Shown: positions 8,580 through 18,146 of the stretch, piece by piece
Numbering within the stretch: the stretch's first letter is position 1
Layout of the letters: every line of letters begins with the position of its first letter
Assembly: GCA_002726275.1 (NCBI GenBank)
Contig: PBSO01000025.1
Coordinates: 2,147-66,146, forward strand
DNA from: Methanobacteriota archaeon
GTDB lineage: Archaea; Thermoplasmatota; Poseidoniia; Poseidoniales; Thalassarchaeaceae
DNA: 64,000 bases
Direction: 5' to 3'
Notes under the pieces: generated by a model
Told to the model about the DNA's origin: nothing
Seen by the model: only the letters and a program-made list of their open reading frames with translations
The model's database searches: none
Translations under genes and position numbers: made by a program

Positions 8580-10016
8580 TTATAGGTCCTTGATTGAGCC
8601 ATTGAGCTCATTCATCATTTTCTTTCCGTCGCCAAACAGCATCATTGTCTTGTCCATGTAGAAGAGGTCGTTATCTACGCCAGCGTAGCCAACTGAAAGG
8701 CTCCTCTTGATGATGACGACGACATTTGCCTTGTCGACATCCAAAATTGGCATTCCTGCCAGCGGACCTTCTCCAGTTCTAGCTGCAGGGTTAGTGGTGT
8801 CATTTGCCCCAATAACCAGGGCAACGTCACAATCAGGGAATTCGGAATTTATTTCATCCATTTCAATGAGTCTCTCATATGGGACATTCGCTTCTGCGAG
8901 GAGGACGTTCATGTGCCCCGGCATCCTTCCAGCTACGGGGTGTATAGCGTAGAGAACCTCGCACCCTGTTGACTCCATGAGGTCCGCGAATTCCTTCACG
9001 GCATGCTGACTCTGACTGACGGCCATCCCATATCCGGGAACTACGATGACGCGTTGGGCCCCATCTAGGACCATGGCGACCTCCTCGGGATCGCTGCCTA
9101 CCTTGGTTCGAGTAAGCTGATCCTTTTCCCCTGAACCGCCGAATGCCTTGAACAGCACATCGAAGAGTTCCCTATTCATCGCCTTGCACATAATGAATGT
9201 GAGGATTAGCCCAGCAGCTCCGACCATCGAACCAGCGATGATTAGAACGTTATTACCAATCACGAACCCGGTGAATGCGGCAGCGATTCCTGAGAGTGAA
9301 TTCAGGAGGCTGACAACGACCGGCATATCTGCGCCCCCTATGGGGAGTACAAACAGTATTCCGAGCAAGCCAGATGATAGCGCCAATGCGTAAATCCAGT
9401 AGTGCTCGGATGGTTCCTGTATTGTCATCCAGATGAGTGCGAATGAGGAAAGAAGTAGTATGGCCTTGACAGAGTTGAGCCATGATGGTCCCCATGTTGG
9501 GAATCTGACCCACTTACCTGTGAAGGGGACGGTAAACCCGCCCTTCAACTTGTACATCGCCACTAGGCTACCAGTAAGTGTGATCCAACCGACAATCCCC
9601 GAAAGCCCAATTGCTACCCATATCGCATAAAGCTCTACTCCCGGGTCGGGTATGTTCGACTCTTGGATCCTCTTTAGCGCCTCTGAAAGACCGACCAGGG
9701 CAGAGGCACCGCCCCCAAATCCATTGAAGAGTGCAACCAATTCGGGCATTCCGGTCATTTCAACCCTAGTTGCCATCAGGTATCCAATTAGAGATCCTAT
9801 GACCAGGCCCCCAATAATCAACTCCCAGCCAATTACGCCCTCGGTCTGAAGCTTGGCAAGTGTGACCACTACAGCGAGTAACATACCCATGGCCCCGAGG
9901 CTGTTTCCCTCGGGTGCAGTTCTTGGACTCGATAGCTTCTTGATTCCCATGATGAACAAGGAAGCTGAAATCAGGTAACCGATGTCCCAAACCACTGGAT
10001 CGACCAATCTATTCAC
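8580..10016 (-). CDS. pntB: NAD(P) transhydrogenase subunit beta
   Basis: N-terminal multi-TM domain plus C-terminal NADP(H)-binding domain: GYGMAVSQSQHAVKEFADLMESTGCEVLYAIHPVAGRMPGHMNVLLAEANVPY...DVALVIGANDTTNPAA... This is characteristic of PntB dIII. Confidence 0.85.
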   Translation of the reverse strand: MNRLVDPVVWDIGYLISASLFIMGIKKLSSPRTAPEGNSLGAMGMLLAVVVTLAKLQTEGVIGWELIIGGLVIGSLIGYLMATRVEMTGMPELVALFNGFGGGASALVGLSEALKRIQESNIPDPGVELYAIWVAIGLSGIVGWITLTGSLVAMYKLKGGFTVPFTGKWVRFPTWGPSWLNSVKAILLLSSFALIWMTIQEPSEHYWIYALALSSGLLGILFVLPIGGADMPVVVSLLNSLSGIAAAFTGFVIGNNVLIIAGSMVGAAGLILTFIMCKAMNRELFDVLFKAFGGSGEKDQLTRTKVGSDPEEVAMVLDGAQRVIVVPGYGMAVSQSQHAVKEFADLMESTGCEVLYAIHPVAGRMPGHMNVLLAEANVPYERLIEMDEINSEFPDCDVALVIGANDTTNPAARTGEGPLAGMPILDVDKANVVVIIKRSLSVGYAGVDNDLFYMDKTMMLFGDGKKMMNELNGSIKDL

Positions 10017-10329
10017 CCCCCTTTCTACGTCGCCCGGCTATCATTCCAAGCATCTTGTTCGTAACCATGAATCCACCAACCGCATTGATTGTGGCCATGA
10101 TCAGAGCGAGAAATGCCAGAAGTGCTGCAACATCGGTGTTTGCACCGTCGAAAGATGAGTTTGACAATATCAAGGCACCCACTATGGTAATTCCAGAAAT
10201 GGCATTGGCCCCGGACATCAGAGGAGTATGAAGGGTAGGGGGGACCTTACTGATTAGCTCGAATCCGAGGAAAATTGCCAATACGAAAACTGTGATACTG
10301 CCGACCAGAGCTCCGAGAGTAAGGCTCAT
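10009..10329 (-). CDS. pntAB: NAD(P) transhydrogenase subunit alpha part 2 (membrane domain)
   Basis: 106-aa hydrophobic protein (three helices) between pntAA and pntB with 4-8 bp overlaps. Typical split-alpha arrangement pntAA-pntAB-pntB. Confidence 0.7.
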   Translation of the reverse strand: MSLTLGALVGSITVFVLAIFLGFELISKVPPTLHTPLMSGANAISGITIVGALILSNSSFDGANTDVAALLAFLALIMATINAVGGFMVTNKMLGMIAGRRRKGGE

Positions 10330-11495
10330 CCAACCACCTCCGCCAACCGGGACTGCTTAGAGTGAATCTCCCCGTTTGAGCAAATGAGGACGCCTCCCAT
10401 TCCGGGAATGTGGAAGTCAGAACCTTCTGGAGCACCAACCAAGATGTCGTCTTCCATGTCCAACTCCAACTTCCCATCCTTAACCAGGCTAATGACGAAG
10501 TTCGTGAGATTGTTAGAGAAAAGCATGCTGGCGGTTGAGGGGATGGTTCCCGCGAGATTCTCAATTCCGACAATTGTAACCCCATACTCGCTCGTTATCT
10601 CACCTGGAACTGTGAGCTCGCAGTTTCCACCGACATCCGCGTTCATGTCAATAATTACAGAGCCCTCTTTGAAGGATTCAACTGCCGAAGAAGGAACCGT
10701 GATAGGGGCCGGCCTACCAAAAATACGAGCTGTGGTAACAATTACGTCCGCATCACTGGCGACCTCGCAAACAGTATCGTTGACCTTCTGAATGAACTCG
10801 GGAGTCAGTGGCTTTGCATAGCCAGACTCATCCTCGAAGTCGTCCATACCATCTACTTCGATGAACCTGCCGCCTACAGACTCAATCTGCTCAGCGGCCG
10901 ACTTCCTGACATCTGATGCATAGACCACCGCCCCCAGACGCTTCGCGGTTGCTATGGCCTGTAGGCCTGCAACGCCACTACCCATGATCACGAATTTAGC
11001 CGGCTTAACCGTTCCAGCACTGGTGGTCATCATCGGTATACCCTTGGGGACTTGTGCTGCGCCCAGAAGCACCGCCTTGTACCCAGAGAGGTTGTCTTGG
11101 CTGGAATTAACGTCCATTGCTTGAGCCCTTGAGAGTCTCCTCGGAATCATGTCCATACTCATCAGTGTGATACCTGCATCCATCGCTTCGCGGACTCTAT
11201 CAGGGTTCCTGAATGGGTCGGCAACACAAGCTAGTATATTTCCCGCGCTCATCGATGAAGTATCCGGCATCCTAATTGAAATCACGATGTCTGCTGACAT
11301 TGCAGAGTCGCGTGGAACTATTGATGCACCCTTTGACGCGTACTCCTCATCGGAGTGGTTCGCCTTGTGTCCTGCTCCAGCCTCCACCAGAACCTCAAAA
11401 CCGAGCTTGGTTAGTTTTGTTACCGAGTTTGGAACTATGGAAACTCTATTTTCTCCTTCTGGCTCCTTGACCACTCCCAAGCGCATTGTCATCAC
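10326..11495 (-). CDS. pntAA: NAD(P) transhydrogenase subunit alpha part 1 (alanine dehydrogenase-like NAD(H)-binding dI)
   Basis: [39 protein letters not shown] plus Rossmann [29 protein letters not shown]. Likely start is the internal Met (MRLGV...) 9 nt downstream of the ORF start. Confidence 0.85.
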   Translation of the reverse strand: MMTMRLGVVKEPEGENRVSIVPNSVTKLTKLGFEVLVEAGAGHKANHSDEEYASKGASIVPRDSAMSADIVISIRMPDTSSMSAGNILACVADPFRNPDRVREAMDAGITLMSMDMIPRRLSRAQAMDVNSSQDNLSGYKAVLLGAAQVPKGIPMMTTSAGTVKPAKFVIMGSGVAGLQAIATAKRLGAVVYASDVRKSAAEQIESVGGRFIEVDGMDDFEDESGYAKPLTPEFIQKVNDTVCEVASDADVIVTTARIFGRPAPITVPSSAVESFKEGSVIIDMNADVGGNCELTVPGEITSEYGVTIVGIENLAGTIPSTASMLFSNNLTNFVISLVKDGKLELDMEDDILVGAPEGSDFHIPGMGGVLICSNGEIHSKQSRLAEVVG

Positions 11496-11717
11496 TCCTG
11501 TTGGGCCATAGGCCCAATCAGATATCCATACGAGAAGAAGGCGCTTATTGAAACCGTCGGCGCGAAGGTTTCAGAGAATGATTGGTGGGAAAATATGATT
11601 CCTGGGGAGGAGGGTAATCGCAAAGTGCTAAGTTCCCATCCTATTGCCGGGGAACGAGGGAGACATATGGGAACAGGCGCTGAGGAAATCGCAGTCACAG
11701 GTGAAGGTGACGACGGA

Positions 11718-12698
11718 ATGAAAAAACCAATTCGTGTTGCTGTTACTGGTGCCGCTGGCAACATTGGGTACGCATTATTATGGCGAATTGCGAGTGGTGA
11801 CTGTTTTGGAACAAATCAACCAGTCATACTTCAGCTACTAGAGATTCCCCCTGGTATGCAACGTTTAGACGGGGTAATAATGGAATTGAAGGATTCTGCA
11901 TTCTCGCTATTGCATGGCATAGTAGGTACAGATGACCCAAATATTGCATTCAACGAAGCAGACGCGATTTTTCTGGTTGGTTCACGACCCAGAACAAAGG
12001 ATATGGATAGGTCAGATCTCGTGGCTGCAAATGGTCCGATCTTCGTTGGGCAAGGAAAGGCAATCGATGCGATGGCGTCACCTAATGTGAAGGTCGTTAC
12101 AGTGGGCAATCCTTGCAACACCAATGCTCTAATTGCCTGTGCAAACGCACCGAGTATTCCCTCCCGGCAATTTTCCGCCATGACTCGCCTCGATCAAAAT
12201 CGGGCAGTGGGTCAGATGGCAGAACATGCCGGAGTCCCTGCTTCGAAAATACACGATGTATTCATCTGGGGCAACCACGCCAATACGATGTACCCAGACC
12301 CGCGTTTCGCGACTGTGGATGGAAAAATGGCAACTGAAATATTCGATAGAGAATGGTTACAAGGCTCGTTCCTAGATACTGTAGCAACGCGAGGAAAGGC
12401 GATTATCGTAGCAAGGGGGGCGTCCTCTGCTGCTTCTGCAGCCTCCGCTGCGACAGACCACATGCGAGATTGGTGGCAAGGTTCGAATGGACGCATAGTT
12501 TCAATGGCCCTCCCCTCTGAAGGTTGGTATGGAGTTCCTGAGGGGCTTGTGTTTAGTTTTCCATGTAGATGTGAAAATGGCGATGTGATTGTGGTGGAAG
12601 ACCTTCCTGTCGACTCATTTGCACAATCGAAAATTGATGAAAATGTCGCTGTACTTTTGGAAGAGCGCGAAGCAGTTAGCGAACTTCTGGGTAGTTGA
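11718..12698 (+). CDS. mdh: malate dehydrogenase, NAD-dependent (LDH/MDH family, Thermus/cytosolic type)
   Basis: [44 protein letters not shown]...[14 protein letters not shown] closely matches the type-2 MDH N-terminus ([18 protein letters not shown]...G.DQPV.L.LLEIP). Start placed at ATG 11718 rather than ORF start 11595. Confidence 0.85.
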   Translation: MKKPIRVAVTGAAGNIGYALLWRIASGDCFGTNQPVILQLLEIPPGMQRLDGVIMELKDSAFSLLHGIVGTDDPNIAFNEADAIFLVGSRPRTKDMDRSDLVAANGPIFVGQGKAIDAMASPNVKVVTVGNPCNTNALIACANAPSIPSRQFSAMTRLDQNRAVGQMAEHAGVPASKIHDVFIWGNHANTMYPDPRFATVDGKMATEIFDREWLQGSFLDTVATRGKAIIVARGASSAASAASAATDHMRDWWQGSNGRIVSMALPSEGWYGVPEGLVFSFPCRCENGDVIVVEDLPVDSFAQSKIDENVAVLLEEREAVSELLGS

Positions 12699-12705
12699 GG
12701 GAAAG

Positions 12706-13452
12706 ATGTCTCGTTCGCTCTACCTTGAGCATGATGGGAAAGTTCTGCTTGTGGATTTGAATGGCGATGGGCCTCGTGAGGCTGTGATGGGAAGAATTGG
12801 TGAAATCTCACTGAGATTGCCGACGGAAGAAGAAGTACGTTCAATGGGAATAGAATGGACCGAACGTAGAGTTAATCGAATCAAATTTGGTGAAGAGTTC
12901 CACGAGGTTGTCTATGCGCTTCCTGAGATTGAATGGCCTGAAAATTGGACGTGGAAAGACATGTTGATTTCGGATGGATGTGTAGAGCCATTGGCCCGTG
13001 AATGTGTTTACAGGAGTATGCATAGGGTCGTCTCAAAGGTGATGATCGTTAACTCCGATAATCATGTCCTGATGGCCAAGGTATCTCGTGGTTTCTTCAC
13101 GGGCTACTGGACGCTTCCTGGTGGATTCGTAGACTATGGCGAGCATCCTCGTGAGGCTGCCGTCAGGGAAGCCATGGAAGAGTTGGGAGTGGATATTGCA
13201 ATAGATGACCCCAAGGGGGAAACTGGTGATGCATTCGGAGAAAACGATGGTGCGATAATCAGGGAAGAAGTATTCAACGATGATGGGATAAACTGGGTTT
13301 CTTTCACATATAGGTGTAAAGGTGAGTTCCGAGATGATGAGCTGATTCCCAAGAATGACGAGATTGAAGAGGCGAGGTGGTTCACTAAGTCGGAAGCACT
13401 CAAGGTGGCTGTTTCAATATTTGATATTGAAGCTATCCAAAAGTCCCTTTAA
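12706..13452 (+). CDS. NUDIX hydrolase (two-domain)
   Basis: Nudix box [30 protein letters not shown] (GX5EX7REUXEEXGU). Start trimmed to ATG 12706 to avoid overlap with mdh. Confidence 0.6.
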   Translation: MSRSLYLEHDGKVLLVDLNGDGPREAVMGRIGEISLRLPTEEEVRSMGIEWTERRVNRIKFGEEFHEVVYALPEIEWPENWTWKDMLISDGCVEPLARECVYRSMHRVVSKVMIVNSDNHVLMAKVSRGFFTGYWTLPGGFVDYGEHPREAAVREAMEELGVDIAIDDPKGETGDAFGENDGAIIREEVFNDDGINWVSFTYRCKGEFRDDELIPKNDEIEEARWFTKSEALKVAVSIFDIEAIQKSL

Positions 13453-13470
13453 TTCATGCAATTATTGTAG

Positions 13471-13548
13471 TGGTGGGCCCGCCTGGATTCGAACCAGGGT
13501 CAAATGCTCCCAAAGCATCTAGCATAGACCAGACTAACCCACGGGCCC
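13471..13548 (-). tRNA. tRNA-Pro (anticodon UGG), genomically encoded CCA
   Basis: Minus-strand read GGGCCCG-UG-GGUU-AGUCUGGUCUA-UGCU-A-GAUGC-UUUGGGA-GCAUU-UGAC-CCUGG-UUCGAAU-CCAGG-CGGGCCC-A-CCA. Perfect 7-bp acceptor, canonical T arm (GGTTCGAATCC), 5-bp anticodon stem with UGG in loop positions 34-36. The D stem is weak (G-U, G-C, U-G, U-U). Confidence 0.6.
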
Positions 13549-13582
13549 CTTGCCCCCGGGGACGGCACATATGGGATGAAGG

Positions 13583-14143
13583 TTACTGGACCCATCTCCA
13601 CGCCTCTACGCCTGCACGGTGCAAAATTCCCTCTCTCTCGGCATCTTCGATTAGCTCCCAAGGATCTACTTCCTTCAGACCTCTATCGATCAATGACTCT
13701 CTTACAGATTTCAGAGACATGATTCCATCTTGGCCAGTGGCCTCCCTCATAGCTGAGATGACGGACTCACGACCCTGTGACTCCCTTTCTCTCGCCCTAT
13801 TTTGTCTGGTTTCTATCTTTGAGAGTCTTTTCGATACTTCATTTGATATCTCGTCCGGCATATTGGATCTCGATACCGCATCAGCCAGTTTCTCCGGAGA
13901 TGGGTATGATGATGCCGTAACAATGTCCTTGGAATTGGAGCACCTTGTGCAGGAAGTGTTGCTACCTAGACTAGACCCGAAGAAATTGCCGCATGGACAC
14001 TTTAGGAGAACCCACTTCTCATCCACGATACGAGCAAAAGTTCGCGGTTCAAGAGGTTGACTGATGTATGTAATGCCGATTCGGGAACATGCGCAGTACG
14101 CGGGTGACCTTGGGATGGTTGTCCTCAATTGCCCTAGTTTCAT
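13583..14143 (-). CDS. hypothetical protein with Cys4 zinc-ribbon (CPCG...CTRC)
   Basis: ORF translation contains LLKCPCGNFFGSSLGSNTSCTRCSNSKD and a charged helical C-terminal region. Start uncertain. A competing + strand ORF 14089..14361 (90 aa, hydrophobic then acidic) overlaps the 5' end. Confidence 0.3.
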   Translation of the reverse strand: MKLGQLRTTIPRSPAYCACSRIGITYISQPLEPRTFARIVDEKWVLLKCPCGNFFGSSLGSNTSCTRCSNSKDIVTASSYPSPEKLADAVSRSNMPDEISNEVSKRLSKIETRQNRARERESQGRESVISAMREATGQDGIMSLKSVRESLIDRGLKEVDPWELIEDAEREGILHRAGVEAWRWVQ

Positions 14144-14361
14144 TATCCCTCATATCATTCTTGTCAGAAGGTTACGCCACTACCGAGACTTGGGGGTTCC
14201 TCCTACTGACACCACTGACTCTAGCATTGGCACTGGCCCCCGTTAACACGGAAGGGAGTGATGCCGAAGGTTCTCCCGATGGGTACTGGGATGAGGAAGA
14301 TATCTCGGAAGGCACTGGGGTCGAGCTCGATGAGGTGGGCTTTGACTCGCCAATTCTCTGA

Positions 14362-16281
14362 CTACAGCAGGCGTAGAGTCTCTAAATTATCAGGAGCATA
14401 GGTTTGCACCTTGAACTTCTCACGTAACCCCTTCCTGAATGCATTGCATGTCTGGGGGTCTCCATGGTGGCAGAGGATCTTCCTTGGAGTCGGATTCAAT
14501 GATGAAACATAATCCATCAGTTGGTTCCTGTCTGAGTGGCCACTGAAGCCATCGATAATGATCATGTTACACCTCACATCAACCATCAGGGTCTGCCCCC
14601 TGTCGACAAGGGGGACTTGCGAGTGGCCGTCCTGCAGCCTCCTACCGAGAGTGCCCGAGGCCTGATAGCCGACAAAGCACAGTGTGTTGCCCGGCTCAGG
14701 TGCCCAGTGCTTGAAGTACTCAATTATCGGACCACCGGTCATCATTCCACTAGTGGCAAGGACGATGCAGGGATTGGGATCCAGTAGTATGGACTCCCTC
14801 TGCTCCCTCGACTCGACCTGCTTGAACCACGTGGAGTTGAAGGGGTTCTCTGTCCCACCCCTGAGCATCTTGCTCCTAAGGTCCCTATTGAGGTAATTGG
14901 GGTGACTAGTGTGGATGGCTGTAGCCTCAGAAATCATCCCGTCTAGCCAAACAGTAACGGGGGAGACTTTGCCAGACTTGAATAACTCGTCTATGGCCAT
15001 CATCACCTCCTGAGAGCGCCCGACTGCGAAGACCGGACAGAATATCTTTCCCTTCCTACCCAGCGTGTCGATGATGAGGTCCTGCAAGTCCTGCGTCGCC
15101 TGCTGCCTAGTTGGTTGGATGCTCTGGGGGCCCCCGTATGTTGACTCTATCACCAATGTGTCAACCTTGTTGAATCGAACCGTGGCGGCATCGAAGAGCC
15201 ATGACTTCTCGTACTTAATATCACCAGAGAAAAGGAGCCTGTGCTCCTCCCTTCCTTCTCCAATCTGCATGTAGACGCTTGATGAACCGAGGATGTGTCC
15301 CGCATTCTCCATTGTCATCTTTACATCAGGTGCTATGTCCGTCTTGTCACCCCAGTTTATATCCACAACGTGCTTGATGCACTCTTGGATATCTGCCTTT
15401 GAGTAAGGAGGGTCGTTGCCCTCGGCCTTTGCGACCTTGATGTAGTCCACCTGCAGCAGGGTCATCAGATCCCTGGTTGGGGGTGTGCAGTATACTGGTC
15501 CCTTGTATCCGTACTTGAAGAGGACCGGGAGCATCCCTATGTGGTCTACATGGGCATGCGTGATGACCACGGCGTCGATGTTGTCGAGTGGTAGCATCTC
15601 AGGGGCAGCGAAGAATGGTTGAACCTCGCTCCTGTTGTTTGTTGGCTTGGCCCCACAGTCCACTAGAACCTTTGACTCGTTTGTGGTAACGAGGTGCATA
15701 GCCCTACCTACCTCTCGGTAGGACCCCAGAGCGGTGACCCTTACCCACTTCTCTCCTGGCCTCTGCGGCCTGTAAATCCTAGTACCGAACTTCCTCAGTA
15801 GGGATTTTCTGTCATCGGCTAGTTCCTTCCTGAACCTCCTGATGTCAGTCTGCGTCCTACTTTCCCTAGCAGGGGCACGGACAACGTTAACCAACCAGCC
15901 AATCTCATCACGTAGGGCCTGTACCACTGAACCCCTGGGGCCTACGGCAGATTGTGGGTCATCCACTTCCAGAGTTATCTCGGAAAGTGCTGGATCCAGC
16001 CATATCCTCCTGACCTCTGCCTCTGGTGGAATTATTCTGTTAACGGCATCATTGACCTGCTGCTCGTCTGAGAGCATGTCGGGATGAGGCCTGATTACGA
16101 CCCTTCTTCTGATTCCCTTGGCAATCTTGACTGTGAGGTTCTCCCCTCCGGCGCCGCCGAATGACTCAGGCTGTTTCGTGATGATGGCTATGGAGCCTGC
16201 TTCGAGATCTACTTCGTAGTCGATGCCACTGGGTACAATCTTCCCAATCTTGTTCTTAATCTCTGAGAAGGTCAGCCTCAT
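14362..16281 (-). CDS. archaeal CPSF1-type ribonuclease (KH domains + metallo-beta-lactamase + beta-CASP), aCPSF1
   Basis: 639 aa. N-terminal KH-like region, MBL motif VITHAHVDHIGMLP (HxHxDH), beta-CASP region, conserved C-terminal GHSDRNQLMDYV. Length and architecture are typical of aCPSF1, the transcription-termination factor FttA. Confidence 0.85.
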   Translation of the reverse strand: MRLTFSEIKNKIGKIVPSGIDYEVDLEAGSIAIITKQPESFGGAGGENLTVKIAKGIRRRVVIRPHPDMLSDEQQVNDAVNRIIPPEAEVRRIWLDPALSEITLEVDDPQSAVGPRGSVVQALRDEIGWLVNVVRAPARESRTQTDIRRFRKELADDRKSLLRKFGTRIYRPQRPGEKWVRVTALGSYREVGRAMHLVTTNESKVLVDCGAKPTNNRSEVQPFFAAPEMLPLDNIDAVVITHAHVDHIGMLPVLFKYGYKGPVYCTPPTRDLMTLLQVDYIKVAKAEGNDPPYSKADIQECIKHVVDINWGDKTDIAPDVKMTMENAGHILGSSSVYMQIGEGREEHRLLFSGDIKYEKSWLFDAATVRFNKVDTLVIESTYGGPQSIQPTRQQATQDLQDLIIDTLGRKGKIFCPVFAVGRSQEVMMAIDELFKSGKVSPVTVWLDGMISEATAIHTSHPNYLNRDLRSKMLRGGTENPFNSTWFKQVESREQRESILLDPNPCIVLATSGMMTGGPIIEYFKHWAPEPGNTLCFVGYQASGTLGRRLQDGHSQVPLVDRGQTLMVDVRCNMIIIDGFSGHSDRNQLMDYVSSLNPTPRKILCHHGDPQTCNAFRKGLREKFKVQTYAPDNLETLRLL

Positions 16282-16359
16282 AATTTCAATTCCTTGGGGT
16301 GTTGCTCACGCAGAGAATGTCGCTGCCAGATAGGCAGTTGGCACTTTGCGAGAGTGTAA

Positions 16360-16986
16360 TCATAGTGATTGGAGGAGGTTTGCTACCTCTTCCTCCGATA
16401 AGAGACGGAAGCCCGCCTCGGGAGTGATGACTGCAAGATCCATTCCATTGCCACTAGCCGCGTCCCTCTGGGCAGATGCCAAGAGTGCCTTTGCGGCGAG
16501 CTTCAGGGAGTCCGTCTCAGACATCCCCTCTCTGAATTGGTCCTCCAGTACCCCATACATGTACGGGCTTCCAGAACCTGTGGCGCAGTATACGTCGGGA
16601 ATTGACCCTCCTGCAGAGTCGATACTGTAAACACTTGAACCGGAGTCATCAACACCGACTATTAGCAACTGCACGTAGTGGGGCCTGCCTGACAGGATGT
16701 TCGCAGTTAGTGTTGCAGCGCCCTTCACGGTCATCGGCTTGCCATGCTTTAGTTCGTAGAGCCTTAGTTCTGCAGAGAGTGTTCTGGAAAGTGACTGGGC
16801 GTGTCCCACTAAACCGGCAGTGGTCAGTGCTACGTAGTCGGAAATGCCGAAAAGCTTCTGGACGCTCTTGTTTGCAATGAAGTGGCCCATTGTGGCTCTG
16901 TGGTCTGCTCCAACTACCACTCCACCATCAAATGTGATGCCGAGAGTACTGGTGCCGGTCTTTACTGCATCTGTGGTCGCGTCCAT
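16360..16986 (-). CDS. psmB: proteasome subunit beta
   Basis: Short propeptide MDATTDAVKTG then active-site Thr in TSTLGITFDGGVVVGADHRATMGHFIANKSVQK. This is the Ntn-hydrolase 20S beta signature. Start placed at Met 14 of the track ORF. Confidence 0.85.
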   Translation of the reverse strand: MDATTDAVKTGTSTLGITFDGGVVVGADHRATMGHFIANKSVQKLFGISDYVALTTAGLVGHAQSLSRTLSAELRLYELKHGKPMTVKGAATLTANILSGRPHYVQLLIVGVDDSGSSVYSIDSAGGSIPDVYCATGSGSPYMYGVLEDQFREGMSETDSLKLAAKALLASAQRDAASGNGMDLAVITPEAGFRLLSEEEVANLLQSL

Positions 16987-17147
16987 ATGTTCACCCGCCG
17001 GGGGAGCTCCCCAACAATGCCCTCTCATGACGACCCCTTATGAATCCGACGGGGTGAAGGGTTGGTTGAAACGCATAGTCCCAGTATGTAGCGTTAAACA
17101 CGGAAAAGGACCGCATAACTCAAGGATTAGTTGACCTGACGCGGGTC

Positions 17148-17537
17148 ATGGCGAGGCACAAGAGGACTGAGCCCAAGTGGATTGAGGTCCCCGAATTCGA
17201 TAGTCCTGGAGGTGTTATCGAGCCCGGTCAGGATTACCATGACCTCGGGAAGAGCTTTCCCGACGCTCCCGTCCCAAGGGCCCCAGGAGATGCCATAGTT
17301 CATAGGGCAGATTTGGATGATTTGACAGGGATCTCTTCACTAATGAACTGGGTTTCGGAAGGTGATATCGTAATTGTAAAGATGAGTGGTATCCTTTCTA
17401 GGGAGCTTGAGCTGGTGGTAGCGGTTGATAAGATCCAGCGCTTCGTTGAGGGAGACATGTCTGGAGAGGTAGTCAGACTTGGTGAAAGAAGGCTACTTCT
17501 CCTACCTCCTACGTTCGCAAGTGGAATTGCCAACTGA
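17148..17537 (+). CDS. SepF-like (DUF552) cell-division protein candidate
   Basis: 129 aa. C-terminal GDIVIVKMSGILSRELELVVAVDKIQRFVEGDMSGEVVRLGERRLLLLPPTF resembles the SepF core (vvvnl..l....a.R.vDFl.G.vyal.G.i.rv...vfLltP). Confidence 0.35.
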   Translation: MARHKRTEPKWIEVPEFDSPGGVIEPGQDYHDLGKSFPDAPVPRAPGDAIVHRADLDDLTGISSLMNWVSEGDIVIVKMSGILSRELELVVAVDKIQRFVEGDMSGEVVRLGERRLLLLPPTFASGIAN

Positions 17538-17546
17538 GGTGGGCCG

Positions 17547-18146
17547 ATGGAAAGTAGGCTTGAACAAGACTGCCCCATATGCTTCTCGGAAGCGACTCTG
17601 AAGATGATTGCCCATAGCTCCGAGATACCATACTTCGGGGAGCACACCCAGATTACCATGATTTGCGAGGGGTGCGGTTGGAAAGTCACCGACTTCATTC
17701 CAGCCGACGGAAAGAAGCCGGGGGCATGGAGCCTCACCGTCGACTCCGAAGAGCACATGAGCACACGCGTCGTACGCTCATCTTCATGCACGGTAAGGAT
17801 CACTGAGTTGGGACTAGAGGTTTCCCCAGGGGGTAGTTCAACGGGGTATGTGTCTAACATCGAAGGCGTCCTAAAGAGATTCGAAGATGCCGTAGGAACT
17901 ATCAAGAGGCAATCTGAGAGGGATCAGGAGGATCCAGGAATTATCACCCGGTGTAATGAAATGTTGAGTCTCATAAACTCTGTACGAACTGGTTCCTACC
18001 CAGTTACACTTGAGTTACTTGACCCAGTAGGACATAGCCAGATTCTACACGAAGATGCTGTATCCAGGGATATTGCTAGTGAAGAGGCTGAATCACTTGA
18101 CCCTGGTCCTGTATACCCTGTGTTCGACGCTGCTGATCTCGTCTGA
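17547..18146 (+). CDS. ZPR1-type zinc-finger protein
   Basis: CPICFSEATLKMIAHSSEIPYFGEHTQITMICEGCGWKV matches the ZPR1 zinc-finger signature (C-x2-C ... IP-F-E ... C-x2-CG). Confidence 0.55.
   Translation: MESRLEQDCPICFSEATLKMIAHSSEIPYFGEHTQITMICEGCGWKVTDFIPADGKKPGAWSLTVDSEEHMSTRVVRSSSCTVRITELGLEVSPGGSSTGYVSNIEGVLKRFEDAVGTIKRQSERDQEDPGIITRCNEMLSLINSVRTGSYPVTLELLDPVGHSQILHEDAVSRDIASEEAESLDPGPVYPVFDAADLV

Noticed and set aside
11492-11764. 90-aa minus-strand ORF upstream of mdh
   Set aside because: It overlaps the pntAA start region and the mdh upstream region. It has low-complexity Pro/Ser-rich translation and no motif.
14089-14361. 90-aa + strand ORF (hydrophobic N-terminus, acidic C-terminus) in the gap before aCPSF1
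   Set aside because: It overlaps the 5' end of the zinc-ribbon ORF on the other strand, so I cannot decide between them from sequence alone. I kept the longer minus-strand ORF with low confidence and mention this one in its evidence.
17300-17905. 201-aa minus-strand ORF overlapping the SepF-like and ZPR1 genes
   Set aside because: It is entirely antisense to two ORFs with recognisable motifs. Its Ser/Pro-rich composition is typical of shadow ORFs.
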